64,000 nucleotides of DNA from Candidatus Saccharimonadales bacterium (lineage in GTDB: Bacteria > Patescibacteriota > Saccharimonadia > Saccharimonadales > JAUPVS01), in contig JBDSDR010000002.1 of NCBI GenBank assembly GCA_039920385.1, positions 10,561 to 74,560 on the forward strand. Direction: 5' to 3'. Below, piece after piece: positions 13,160 through 21,797 of this stretch. A model generated the notes under the pieces. That model ran no database searches. It was not told the origin of the DNA and saw only the letters and a program-made list of their open reading frames with translations. The translations under genes and the position numbers were made by a program. How positions within the stretch are numbered: the stretch's first letter is position 1; each line of letters opens with the position of its first letter.

Positions 13160-13245
13160 TGGTGCAGGGTGTAGGATTCGAACCTACGAAGGCATAAGCC
13201 GCGAGATTTACAGTCTCGAGTGTTTGACCGCTTCACTAACCCTGC
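13160..13245 (-). tRNA. tRNA-Tyr (anticodon GUA), long variable arm, CCA encoded
   Basis: Manual cloverleaf: GCAGGGU...CGAGA CUGUAAA UCUCG, variable arm CGGCUUAUGCCUUC, T-arm GUAGG UUCGAAU CCUAC, then ACCCUGC A CCA. Confidence 0.9.
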
Positions 13246-13353
13246 AAATTGCTCTGCCCACCGAAGTGAGCTAGAGCTATTGTAACACCTCCCTGACTAT
13301 CCTCACGGGGTAGCCAGGCAGATTTAGACAATCTCGCATGATGTCCAAATTCC

Positions 13354-13430
13354 TGGAGCCGCCTCCCGGATTCGAACCGGGGACATTTAGTTTACAAAAC
13401 TAACGCTCTAACCAACTGAGCTAAGGCGGC
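13354..13430 (-). tRNA. tRNA-Thr (anticodon UGU), CCA encoded
   Basis: GCCGCCU UA GCUC AGUUGGUUA GAGC G UUAGU UUUGUAA ACUAA AUGUC CCCGG UUCGAAU CCGGG AGGCGGC U CCA. Confidence 0.9.
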
Positions 13431-13433
13431 ACG

Positions 13434-13844
13434 TTAGGAGTTCTTTACATACTTGAGTCGTCGCCAGTTTCTTCCTCTGCCATTATTCAAATTTTTGTAA
13501 TTTGATGTTAAAGAATGACAGTTCGGGCAAAGTAATCTAAGGTTTGATTCGCTATTATTCTCTGAATTACCGTCAATATGGTCTATATCTAGTGGCGACT
13601 GGTTTGTAATTATGTTCTTCTTATTCCAGCCACATTTTGAGCAAGCATAGTTGAACTTAAAAAGTACATACCTTCTTACGTGACCAGACATACTCCTTAC
13701 AGTAATTCCAATAGTCCCGCTTTCTTTACCCATTCTCCACCTTAAAATGTATTGTTCATACTCATAATCAGACTGGCACTGATTGGAACAATACTTATAT
13801 GACAATTTTGCTGTGGTTTGTTTGCAGTGAATACATTTTGACAT
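13434..13844 (-). CDS. HNH endonuclease (free-standing, AT-rich)
   Basis: 136 aa. N-terminal Cys-rich finger (CIHC...CSNQC) and HNH core CSKCGW...LDIDHIDGNSENNSESNLRLLCPNCH. The stop codon lies 3 nt from the tRNA-Thr 5' end. TATAAT (13856-13851) sits 6 nt before the ATG. Confidence 0.85.
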   Translation of the reverse strand: MSKCIHCKQTTAKLSYKYCSNQCQSDYEYEQYILRWRMGKESGTIGITVRSMSGHVRRYVLFKFNYACSKCGWNKKNIITNQSPLDIDHIDGNSENNSESNLRLLCPNCHSLTSNYKNLNNGRGRNWRRLKYVKNS

Positions 13845-13948
13845 GTACTCATTATATTTGGATTGTTAACGAACGCCCTAGCAAGTTAATGAGTTGTTAA
13901 TCAATTTATAACGCTTGCAGAACAGACAAAATTGTACCAGAACAGAGG

Positions 13949-14605
13949 TTAAATAACAACCTTGGGGGGTCGCTTGACCTTTTGTTTGACGCGGGCGGTC
14001 GGCACAATTAGCTTTTTAAGTTTTTGATCAATCATATCGGCTTCGGCTTGCATATTCTCATGCTCATAAGCCCGCTTAATTAGTAAGTACGACTCTTTAT
14101 TTGGCTCTAGTTCGATGGCTTTGTTGAGTTCGTCAAACATAAGCTTGGTATTACCTAGTTTTTCGAGGACTTTGGCATAGGCAATATGGCGGGCTGCTAA
14201 GCCATCCTCTAGCTTTAAGGCCTGTTCAAAAGCCACGGCAGCTTTGGGATAATTTTCGGTTTCGTAATAAATTAAACCGAGGTTGTGCAGGCTGGAAGCA
14301 GTCGCTTCGATACTAGAAGCAATTTCAAAACAATCAATCGCATCTTTATACTCTTTTTGTTTGGCATATAAAATACCTAGTCGGTTATAGGCCGCAGCGT
14401 TCTTTTCATCAATCTTTAAAATTGTGAGTAAAGCCTTCTCGGCTCGAAGAAAGCGATTCTCGCGCATACCCTGGTGGGCGATATCCCAAAGTTTACCGAG
14501 TTTGTCAGATAGCTTGCGCGGGATTGGCGACAGTTCGTCTTCGCGTACTTTGGTGTTCCGGAAGACTAAAAAGCCAAAACCAGCCAAGAAAATTAATTCG
14601 TACAT
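13949..14605 (-). CDS. TPR-repeat protein with N-terminal membrane anchor
   Basis: 218 aa. N-terminal MYELIFLAGFGFLVF, then TPR-like repeats (AAAYNRLGILYAKQKEYKDAIDCFE, LHNLGLIYYETENYPKAAVAFEQAL). Confidence 0.75.
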   Translation of the reverse strand: MYELIFLAGFGFLVFRNTKVREDELSPIPRKLSDKLGKLWDIAHQGMRENRFLRAEKALLTILKIDEKNAAAYNRLGILYAKQKEYKDAIDCFEIASSIEATASSLHNLGLIYYETENYPKAAVAFEQALKLEDGLAARHIAYAKVLEKLGNTKLMFDELNKAIELEPNKESYLLIKRAYEHENMQAEADMIDQKLKKLIVPTARVKQKVKRPPKVVI

Positions 14606-14626
14606 ATGCCTACTATTGTAGCACGG

Positions 14627-15493
14627 CTACAGTTGCAAACTAAGGTCAGTCAGCAGTAGCTTTGGCAACGGGTGCGACGCTAATGTGTCTTGAGCCCGCA
14701 AGATTACTTTAATAGAGTTTTGCCAGTGCTTAACCATCGGCTGCTTGTTCTGTTGACTAGCCTGCTGCAGAGCAGCCCGACAAACCGCTAAAAGCGCCCA
14801 CAACAGTTGTTCGATACTATCTTTTTGCTTAATGTACTGATCGATAAAAACCAGTTTTTCGAAGGCCGAGGCCTTGAGTAATTGTTTGGCGGAATCAATA
14901 TGACCCAGCAGTTGCTGGTTATTTTCGGTATCTAAAATTTGCGTCATTAGGCCAATCTGACCGCCACTCATATGGTAAGCCCGGGTCACTTCAACTGGGT
15001 CGGCGCCCTGTTGGCTAAAATAATCTTGCGCTTCTTGTGCGGCCAACGGTTTGACCCTTAGCTGTTGGGTCCGCGAGCTAATGGTGGGTAGCACACTAGT
15101 GTCACTAAGTGCAGTAAGAACAATAATCGTGTCAGCCGGCGGCTCTTCTAGCATTTTTAAGAAAGCATTTTGGGCCTCGCTAGTCATATAGTGAGCGTCT
15201 TCAACAATAATCGCCCGGCGCCATGGCTTACTACCGGTAGTCTTAAGACGGATAAACTCATGAGCTTGGCGAATTGCCTCAATTGAAATGCTGTTCTTGT
15301 CGGGAATAATTCTTAAAAAATAGGGGTTCTTTTGGATATCTTTATCGGGGTCAATAACTTGGCCAACTAAGTATGTCGCCACGGTGCTTTTACCGGCTCC
15401 GCTGCTACCAACAATCATTAAACTATGTGATGGAGATGCCTGGAACTGATCGAGAGCTTGCTTAGTGCTGGGGTGTAAGGCCAAGTTGGTCAT
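14627..15493 (-). CDS. holB: DNA polymerase III delta' subunit
   Basis: 288 aa. Walker A-like GSSGAGKST and AIIVEDAHYMTSEAQNAFLKMLEEPP, characteristic of clamp-loader delta'. Confidence 0.8.
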   Translation of the reverse strand: MTNLALHPSTKQALDQFQASPSHSLMIVGSSGAGKSTVATYLVGQVIDPDKDIQKNPYFLRIIPDKNSISIEAIRQAHEFIRLKTTGSKPWRRAIIVEDAHYMTSEAQNAFLKMLEEPPADTIIVLTALSDTSVLPTISSRTQQLRVKPLAAQEAQDYFSQQGADPVEVTRAYHMSGGQIGLMTQILDTENNQQLLGHIDSAKQLLKASAFEKLVFIDQYIKQKDSIEQLLWALLAVCRAALQQASQQNKQPMVKHWQNSIKVILRAQDTLASHPLPKLLLTDLSLQL

Positions 15494-16344
15494 ACTTTTA
15501 GTATATCGCGAAATTGGCTGGGCAGAGTTGCTTCAAAAGTCGCCCGTTCGCGATTTGGCAGAGTAATTTCGAGCTTTTCGGCGTGAAGTAGCAGTCGTTC
15601 CGAATCTTCACCACCATATATAGTGTCTCCAACGATCGGAAAACCAATAAACTTGAGATGGACGCGAAGTTGGTGGGTTCGGCCGGTGGTTGGCTTTAAT
15701 GTCAGCAGGCTGTAAGTTGGGCCTTCGTCGGTAACTTCGTATTCGGTAATAGCAGGTTTACCACTGTTGCCCGGCCGGAATGTTTTTGGGTCACTCGGGC
15801 TACGCTCAATTGGCACTTCGATTATAGCCTTCTTGACATCCGGAGAGCCTTTAACTACTGCCAGGTAGGTCTTTTTGACTTTGCGCTGACTGAACTGCTT
15901 TTGCAACCAAGACATAGCCTCTGGTGTCTTGGCGCAAATAATCACCCCAGATGTAGCGCGGTCGAGACGGTGAACAATGCCCGCCCTATCACCTTGGTAG
16001 GTCAGTCGGGGGACGATAAAGCTAGCTACCGTACCTTCGGGGTTAAAGGCGCCTTTGCTATGGCTAAGAACGCCAGTTGGCTTGTTAATAACCAGGCAAT
16101 CATCGTCTTCGTATAAAATCGGTAAATCAATCTGCAGCTGTTTAATCTCACTAAAGTCATAGTCGGCGTTAATCTTGTCGTCGGGTCGCAACTTATAGCC
16201 AGTTTTTTGGGTCTGGCCATTAACGGTAATTGTCCCCTTATCGATCAATTGTTGCAGAAAGCTCCGGCTGACATTAGTTATTTGGGTCGACAAATAGTGG
16301 TCCAAACGGACGTTATTAGCCTCTGCCGGTGCAACTAGCTTCAT
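15490..16344 (-). CDS. rluD: RluA-family 23S rRNA pseudouridine synthase (RluD-like)
   Basis: 284 aa. S4-like N-terminus (RLDHYLS) and catalytic HRLDRATSGVIICAK. Confidence 0.85.
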   Translation of the reverse strand: MKLVAPAEANNVRLDHYLSTQITNVSRSFLQQLIDKGTITVNGQTQKTGYKLRPDDKINADYDFSEIKQLQIDLPILYEDDDCLVINKPTGVLSHSKGAFNPEGTVASFIVPRLTYQGDRAGIVHRLDRATSGVIICAKTPEAMSWLQKQFSQRKVKKTYLAVVKGSPDVKKAIIEVPIERSPSDPKTFRPGNSGKPAITEYEVTDEGPTYSLLTLKPTTGRTHQLRVHLKFIGFPIVGDTIYGGEDSERLLLHAEKLEITLPNRERATFEATLPSQFRDILKV

Positions 16345-17369
16345 TAACGTAGTCCGACGGCTTTTTGGACACGACGCAAGGTTACGCCGGCAACTTCGTT
16401 CATAGCTTTTTCACTGGCCTCGAGTTTTTGCAATAGTTTAGCTTCATCAACTTCAGCAAGTTTATTCTGGAAATTCTGCAAGAAGGTTTGGACAGCATTA
16501 GCCACATCCTGCTTGAGCGCGCCGTACTGGGTTTGATCCTGGTAGTCTTTGGCGACTTCGTCGATTGGCTTGTCGCCGAGAGCCGCTAAAATCTCAATTA
16601 AGTTGCTGATGCCAGGTTGGTTTGTCATGTCATAGTTAATAACGCCTACGCTATCGGTAGTGGCTCCCATTACCTTCTTAGCCGCTACTTCTGGGGTATC
16701 ACCCAAGAAGATTACGCCCTTACCTGACTCTTCGGATTTACTCATTTTTTTATCTGGTTTTATGAGGTCACGTACCCGCAAACGCTCACCCTTACTAGCA
16801 AAAGCAATCTGGGCTTTCTCGGCCTCGGGCAACTTAAATAACTCCATGTCGAACTTGTTATTCATCCTGATGGCAATGTCACGGGCCAGCTCGACATGTT
16901 GGGTCTGATCGGCCCCAACCGGTACATACTTAGCGCCGTAGAGGAGAATATCGGCCGCCATTAAAACAGGGTAATCAAACAGGCCAGCACTAACGTTGTC
17001 TTGACCCTCGGATTTATCTTTAAACTGAGTCATCCGCTTGAGCTCGCCCATATACGTAAACGAATTGAGGATGACAGTCAGCTCACTGTGAGCCGGTAGA
17101 AAGCTTTGGCGGTAAATAAAGGTATTTGGGTCGTCTAGATCTAGCCCGGCGGCGACAAACAGCTTGAGGTTGTGCATGATTTGGGCTTGCAGTTTAGTAT
17201 GGTCAATTGGCGTCGTGAAGCTATGTAAGTCTGGCACAAACAGGTTGATTTGATATTCGCCAGCATATTGCTTTTGCATCTGGACAATCGGTAGCAATGC
17301 ACCTAAGTAATTACCGAGGTGAAGGTCGTTATTGGCGCGCAGGCCGGTTAAAATTACTGGTTTACTCAT
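16344..17369 (-). CDS. trpS: tryptophan--tRNA ligase
   Basis: 341 aa. N-terminal LHLGNYLGAL (the HIGH/TIGN-position motif), KMSKS present, GADQTQH. Confidence 0.92.
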   Translation of the reverse strand: MSKPVILTGLRANNDLHLGNYLGALLPIVQMQKQYAGEYQINLFVPDLHSFTTPIDHTKLQAQIMHNLKLFVAAGLDLDDPNTFIYRQSFLPAHSELTVILNSFTYMGELKRMTQFKDKSEGQDNVSAGLFDYPVLMAADILLYGAKYVPVGADQTQHVELARDIAIRMNNKFDMELFKLPEAEKAQIAFASKGERLRVRDLIKPDKKMSKSEESGKGVIFLGDTPEVAAKKVMGATTDSVGVINYDMTNQPGISNLIEILAALGDKPIDEVAKDYQDQTQYGALKQDVANAVQTFLQNFQNKLAEVDEAKLLQKLEASEKAMNEVAGVTLRRVQKAVGLR

Positions 17370-17390
17370 ATTATTACTTCCTATTATAGC

Positions 17391-18089
17391 CTAATGGTAG
17401 TAAATGTTAATGAGTTCCTGCGCCAGCACGTCTAGACTATCCAGAAACTTAATAGTATGACCTTTTTTAGGTAAGACTAAAGGCAGCTCCGTGCAGCCTA
17501 AAATTACCGACTCTGCACCACGTGCCCTTAAGTCTTTGGCGATCAGCAGCAGCTCATCGGAATCCTTTTTAGTACTCAATCCGCGCAACACCGAACGAAT
17601 CATTCGCTCCAGTGAGAGGCACTGAGTATCGTTAGGTGTTAAACAATCTATCCCCCTTGCGCTGAAAATATCTTCATAGAGTTTGGTTTTAATTGTCATG
17701 GGGGTAGCCAGCAAGCCAACAACTTTATAGTCTTGAGCAACGGCTACGTCGGCAACTGTCTCTATGAGAGAAATAAACGGTGCTGTGCTAGTTTTTATGA
17801 CCTCATCAGCCAGTAGATGAGCCGTGTTGCAGGCAATGGCTATCACAACCGACTTGTCGGCATTCGCTGACTTCACTTCCTCGGCAAAGATTTGCCGCGC
17901 CAGTGCTAGCTTACGTTTATTGGCGATAAAATCTGGCACCTCTAACGAGCGCAGCACAATGTGCGGAAATATATCGGACTTCGACTGAGGATGCTGGTCT
18001 GAATGCTGGATGAGTAACTCATAGAGACGGGCTGAGGCTTGTGGTCCCATACCACCTAAAATGGTGATTGGTTTTCGTTGAAGGCTCAT
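17391..18089 (-). CDS. aspartate/glutamate racemase family protein
   Basis: 232 aa. ILGGMGPQAS, the two catalytic-Cys contexts IACNTAH and ILGCTELP. Confidence 0.8.
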   Translation of the reverse strand: MSLQRKPITILGGMGPQASARLYELLIQHSDQHPQSKSDIFPHIVLRSLEVPDFIANKRKLALARQIFAEEVKSANADKSVVIAIACNTAHLLADEVIKTSTAPFISLIETVADVAVAQDYKVVGLLATPMTIKTKLYEDIFSARGIDCLTPNDTQCLSLERMIRSVLRGLSTKKDSDELLLIAKDLRARGAESVILGCTELPLVLPKKGHTIKFLDSLDVLAQELINIYYH

Positions 18090-18148
18090 TGTTTTGCCTC
18101 CGGCCCTAATGCTCGTTTTAGTTTTTTTGGTGATGTTATTAATTCCAT
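18086..18148 (-). CDS. candidate 20-codon upstream ORF translationally coupled (ATGA) to the racemase gene
   Basis: Manual: AAGGAG lies 8 nt upstream of ATG 18148. The peptide is MELITSPKKLKRALGPEAKQ*. Its TGA stop overlaps the racemase ATG. Confidence 0.3.
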   Translation of the reverse strand: MELITSPKKLKRALGPEAKQ

Positions 18149-18286
18149 CTTAATTCTCCTTATATTAAATAACCGCCTGTGTGGCGGTGTGGTTATTTCG
18201 TTTCTCTACATATTTTTAGCAATACATAGTTAACCGCCATGTTAATGTGGTCAACCAGTACCAGTTATGTTGTTTAACTATTAGCT

Positions 18287-18532
18287 TCATGACGTTTCTC
18301 GATGTGTCAGGTCTCTGACCGAGCGCATAACAAACAACAGCTCAGTTTTATCAGAACTTTGTAAGTCGTGTATGTGTGCTTCATGCTCAATACCAAGCGC
18401 AGTCCGAGATAAACCAATAATTAAATCGGCTTTCTCGAACGGCCGAGCCTGTTTGAGTTCAGGTGACATTGAAATTGCAAGAATTTGCTTACTCAAGTCA
18501 TCCTGTCTTTCTTTTTCTATTCCATGATCCAT
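18287..18532 (-). CDS. hypothetical protein (81 aa)
   Basis: ORF with an AAGAAGGAAAT Shine-Dalgarno, bracketed by two ACCGCC-type hairpins. No family recognised. Confidence 0.45.
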   Translation of the reverse strand: MDHGIEKERQDDLSKQILAISMSPELKQARPFEKADLIIGLSRTALGIEHEAHIHDLQSSDKTELLFVMRSVRDLTHRETS

Positions 18533-18547
18533 TATATTTCCTTCTTA

Positions 18548-18579
18548 AAATTAAAAAAACCGCCGTTGGCGCGGCGGTT
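18548..18579 (-). terminator. rho-independent terminator
   Basis: Minus strand AACCGCCG-CGCCAA-CGGCGGUU followed by UUUUUUAAUUUU. Confidence 0.65.
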
Positions 18580-18705
18580 AATTGGGTTGATTCTAATTAT
18601 TTATTAGCAATAAGAAATCGTCCGCCACGCATAGTGGGGTGTAAACCAGAAAGCATAATACTGCTGTAGCTGTGATTTCATAACTTTAATACGATACTAC
18701 TTAGC

Positions 18706-18885
18706 TTAAGGATTGTCAACTCTACTGAATTGCTCAATTACAGCAAGCGTATCATCAACATATACTGGGTAAACTTCTAGCTCACCAAGGATTGGACTAA
18801 CAATTCTGACATTACCAGCAATTTCTGGTTCATCGTGCGGTATTGCATCAAAATATTCTTGAGGTGTTGTCGCTTCTTTAGCCAT
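18706..18885 (-). CDS. hypothetical small acidic protein (59 aa; below ORF-track cutoff) directly downstream of rpsI
   Basis: Manual translation gives MAKEATTPQEYFDAIPHDEPEIAGNVRIVSPILGELEVYPVYVDDTLAVIEQFSRVDNP*. Starts 12 nt after the rpsI stop. Shares a motif with the 66-aa ORF at 2251-2451. Confidence 0.4.
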   Translation of the reverse strand: MAKEATTPQEYFDAIPHDEPEIAGNVRIVSPILGELEVYPVYVDDTLAVIEQFSRVDNP

Positions 18886-18897
18886 GGTATATATAGT

Positions 18898-19296
18898 TTA
18901 ACGTTTTGTAAACTGGCGTTGCTTACGAGCACCCTTGAGGCCGAACTTCTTGCGTTCTTTCTCACGTGGGTCGCGGCCGAGTAGATCGGCTTTTTTAAGC
19001 GTACTGCGCAGGTCTTCATTCATAACGGACAAAGCTTTGGCAGTACCGAGGACGATAGCGTCGACTTGTCCAGCATGACCGCCACCCTTAACAACAATAC
19101 TAAGGTCATATTTATCGACCATTTCGAGTGCGATAAATGGTTTCTGCATCTCGGCTAGTAAGTTTTTGCTGTTTTCGAAGTACTCGGCAGCCGTTTTGCC
19201 GTTAATAACGATGTTGCCTTTGCCAGGTACTAATCGTACGCGGGCAGTGGCGCTTTTGCGACGGCCAAGACCGTAGTTGTAATGTACAGCAGCCAT
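18898..19296 (-). CDS. rpsI: 30S ribosomal protein S9 (uS9)
   Basis: 132 aa. GRRKSATARVRL, GGGHAGQ, C-terminal KARKQRQFTKR. Confidence 0.95.
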   Translation of the reverse strand: MAAVHYNYGLGRRKSATARVRLVPGKGNIVINGKTAAEYFENSKNLLAEMQKPFIALEMVDKYDLSIVVKGGGHAGQVDAIVLGTAKALSVMNEDLRSTLKKADLLGRDPREKERKKFGLKGARKQRQFTKR

Positions 19297-19739
19297 TATA
19301 ATTTACCTTCCTTGATACTGAATTTAGCGGGCTTTTGTGCCTCATGCTTGTGCTGATCGTCTTTATAGACTTTTAGTCGCATCAAACGACCATCACGTAG
19401 CTTATTAACAGGTAACATACCACGAATAGCATGTTCCATAACTTCTGTAGAATCTTTTTCCATCTTATCTTGTAAGCTAGTTTCTTTTAGACCGCCTGGG
19501 AAATGACTGTGGTGGTAGTACATTTTCTGGTTTAACTTATCGCCGGTAATCTTCATTTTGTCGGTATTAATGACAACTACGAAGTCACCGCAATCGATGT
19601 GCTTAGTAAACATCGGTTTTCGTTTGCCAATTAGCAGTTCGGCTACAACGGTAGCGACGCGACCAAATGAAGCTTCAGTGGCGTCAACTACGTACCAGTT
19701 ACGAGTAACGTCGGTTGGTTTTGCGCTATAAGTCTTCAT
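19296..19739 (-). CDS. rplM: 50S ribosomal protein L13 (uL13)
   Basis: 147 aa. NWYVVDA...GRVAT, HHSHFPGGLK. Confidence 0.95.
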   Translation of the reverse strand: MKTYSAKPTDVTRNWYVVDATEASFGRVATVVAELLIGKRKPMFTKHIDCGDFVVVINTDKMKITGDKLNQKMYYHHSHFPGGLKETSLQDKMEKDSTEVMEHAIRGMLPVNKLRDGRLMRLKVYKDDQHKHEAQKPAKFSIKEGKL

Positions 19740-19740
19740 A

Positions 19741-20193
19741 TTATTTAGCCTCTACTTTCTTGGGAGCTGGCTTCTTAACTGGTTTTGCAACTACTTTAGG
19801 TTTTGCGGCAGCTTTTGCAACTGGAGCTGCCGTTAAATCATCAACAAAACTAACGCGAGACAGCTGGGCGTTATCACCGCGGCGGGTTCGAGTTCGTTCA
19901 ATTCGGAAGTAACCACTGTTACGGGCGCCTAGCTTTGGTGTGATCTCATCAACTAACTTATGGGCAGTTGAAAGAGTTTGCAATGAAGCAATAATCTGAC
20001 GACGATTATGTAAATCGCCTTTTTTAGCTTTAGTAATCAGTTTTTCGACGTACGGTACAACTTCTTTAGCTTTGATGTGAGTTGTCTCGATAGATTCGTG
20101 AATAATCAACGCCTCTGCCAAGCTCTCAATCAGCGCTTCGCGTTGGTCGCGTTCGCGGTTGAACTTCTTACCTTTATATCCGTGGCGATGCAT
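19741..20193 (-). CDS. rplQ: 50S ribosomal protein L17 (bL17) with Lys/Ala/Pro-rich C-terminal tail
   Basis: 150 aa. MHRHGYKGKKFNRERDQREAL, GGYFRIERTRTRRGD. Confidence 0.95.
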   Translation of the reverse strand: MHRHGYKGKKFNRERDQREALIESLAEALIIHESIETTHIKAKEVVPYVEKLITKAKKGDLHNRRQIIASLQTLSTAHKLVDEITPKLGARNSGYFRIERTRTRRGDNAQLSRVSFVDDLTAAPVAKAAAKPKVVAKPVKKPAPKKVEAK

Positions 20194-20195
20194 TG

Positions 20196-21143
20196 TTAGA
20201 GCTCCATCTCCGCCATCTTATCTTTGACTTCATCAAGGGCTTTGCTTCCAAAACCTTTCAGGTCGCGGAGTTCGGCGTCACTTAGTGAAAATAGATCTTT
20301 CAGGGTGTGAATATCATTGTTAATTAAGGCGTTGGTGGTTCGAGCTGACAAGTTTAAGTCTTCAATTGGCGTCATTAGCTCAGCCGTGTCATCACCATCA
20401 CCGGCAACTGTACCATCGTCGCTAAAACCAGCACTAACCGGTTGAGCAACTTCGACACGAGTTTGTCCGGCTAAAGCGGTGTACTGGTTAACCAAAATAG
20501 CGGCAGCTTCTTCAAAAGCCTCACTTGGAGTTAGAGAACCGTCGGTATCGACAGTTAGCAGTAGCTTATCAAGATCAGTCATTTGGCCGACACGAGTGTT
20601 TTCGACTCGGTAACGAACTCGCAGGACTGGTGAGAAGATGGCGTCAACGGCAATCATATCACTAACTTTACGAGCACTGCTCTCATCGATAGTTCGGTAA
20701 CCACGGCCACCTTCAACAACTACGTCCATGACCAATTCGGCCTTGGCGTTGTCGAGGGTTGCAATAACGTGATCCGGGTTAACAACTTCGACATCAGCGT
20801 TTACGACGATATCTTTAGCGGTAACTGTACCGGTACCTTTTTTAGAGATACGTAGAGTTTGTGGTTCGTCGCTAAACATGCGGAAACGAACACCTTTAAG
20901 GTTTAGCATGATCTCGACGACATCTTCTTTAACACCTTCTACGGTAGTAAACTCATGGCTTGCACCTTCGACTCGGAAAGCCGTAATAGCGACACCAGCA
21001 ATACTGGAAAGCAGTACGCGGCGCAAGCTGTTACCAAGTGTCATACCGTATCCGGTGTGCAAAGGCTCAATCGTAAAGGTTGCGCTTGTCTTGGTGTGCT
21101 CGTCAACGTTTACAACGCCTGGGGTATGGATCATTTTTGACAT
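20196..21143 (-). CDS. rpoA: DNA-directed RNA polymerase subunit alpha
   Basis: 315 aa. GYGMTLGNSLRRVLLSS, with the C-terminal domain LNLSARTTNALINNDIHTLKDL. Confidence 0.95.
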   Translation of the reverse strand: MSKMIHTPGVVNVDEHTKTSATFTIEPLHTGYGMTLGNSLRRVLLSSIAGVAITAFRVEGASHEFTTVEGVKEDVVEIMLNLKGVRFRMFSDEPQTLRISKKGTGTVTAKDIVVNADVEVVNPDHVIATLDNAKAELVMDVVVEGGRGYRTIDESSARKVSDMIAVDAIFSPVLRVRYRVENTRVGQMTDLDKLLLTVDTDGSLTPSEAFEEAAAILVNQYTALAGQTRVEVAQPVSAGFSDDGTVAGDGDDTAELMTPIEDLNLSARTTNALINNDIHTLKDLFSLSDAELRDLKGFGSKALDEVKDKMAEMEL

Positions 21144-21168
21144 AATATTCTCGTCTGCCTCTCTTAAA

Positions 21169-21795
21169 TTAACGTGAGTAATACTCTACGATTAGTTGCT
21201 CATTGATTTCGGGTTCGGCCTCTTCACGGGGTGGTAAACCAGTAACAGTGATTTCGAACTTCTTGCGGTTGACCTTCAACCAGCTGGCACCGTTTTCTTC
21301 ACCGGCGGGGCTAGTTTCGTCGATTCGCTTGAAATACTCATTCTGTTTGCTCTTATCACGCAAGGTAATTACATCACCAGATTTAACACGTATGGAAGGG
21401 ATATCGACACGACGGTCGTTTAACATAAAGTGTCCGTGAGTCGTTAATTGGCGGGCAGCTCGGCGGCTAGGCGCCAAACCACTGCGATAAATAACGTTAT
21501 CGAGACGACGCTCTAATAGTTGGAGCAATAATGCGCCAGACTGACCTTCTTTGCGACCAGCCTCTTTCATAAGGTTGCTAAACTGTCGTTCTAGCAAACC
21601 ATACAAACGCTTTACCTTCTGCTTTTCGCGAAGTTGCAAAGAATATTGGCTTGGTTTGTTGCGCATGCTGCGACCAGTGGCATGACCACCGGGAGGTGTG
21701 CCGGCACGCTTGACTAGTGCTTTGTGAGCTTTCGGGTGAAGGGCATAGCCTTCGCGGCGACTCATTTTTACAATCGATTGGGTATCTCGTGCCAT
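21169..21795 (-). CDS. rpsD: 30S ribosomal protein S4 (uS4)
   Basis: 208 aa. S4 domain RLDNVIYRSGLAPSRRAARQLTTHGHFMLN. Confidence 0.95.
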   Translation of the reverse strand: MARDTQSIVKMSRREGYALHPKAHKALVKRAGTPPGGHATGRSMRNKPSQYSLQLREKQKVKRLYGLLERQFSNLMKEAGRKEGQSGALLLQLLERRLDNVIYRSGLAPSRRAARQLTTHGHFMLNDRRVDIPSIRVKSGDVITLRDKSKQNEYFKRIDETSPAGEENGASWLKVNRKKFEITVTGLPPREEAEPEINEQLIVEYYSR

Positions 21796-21797
21796 GA

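Noticed and set aside
18777-19019. 80-aa minus-strand ORF from the track
   Set aside because: It overlaps the 3' end of rpsI in another frame. The real candidate in this interval is the 59-aa ORF in a different frame (18706-18885).
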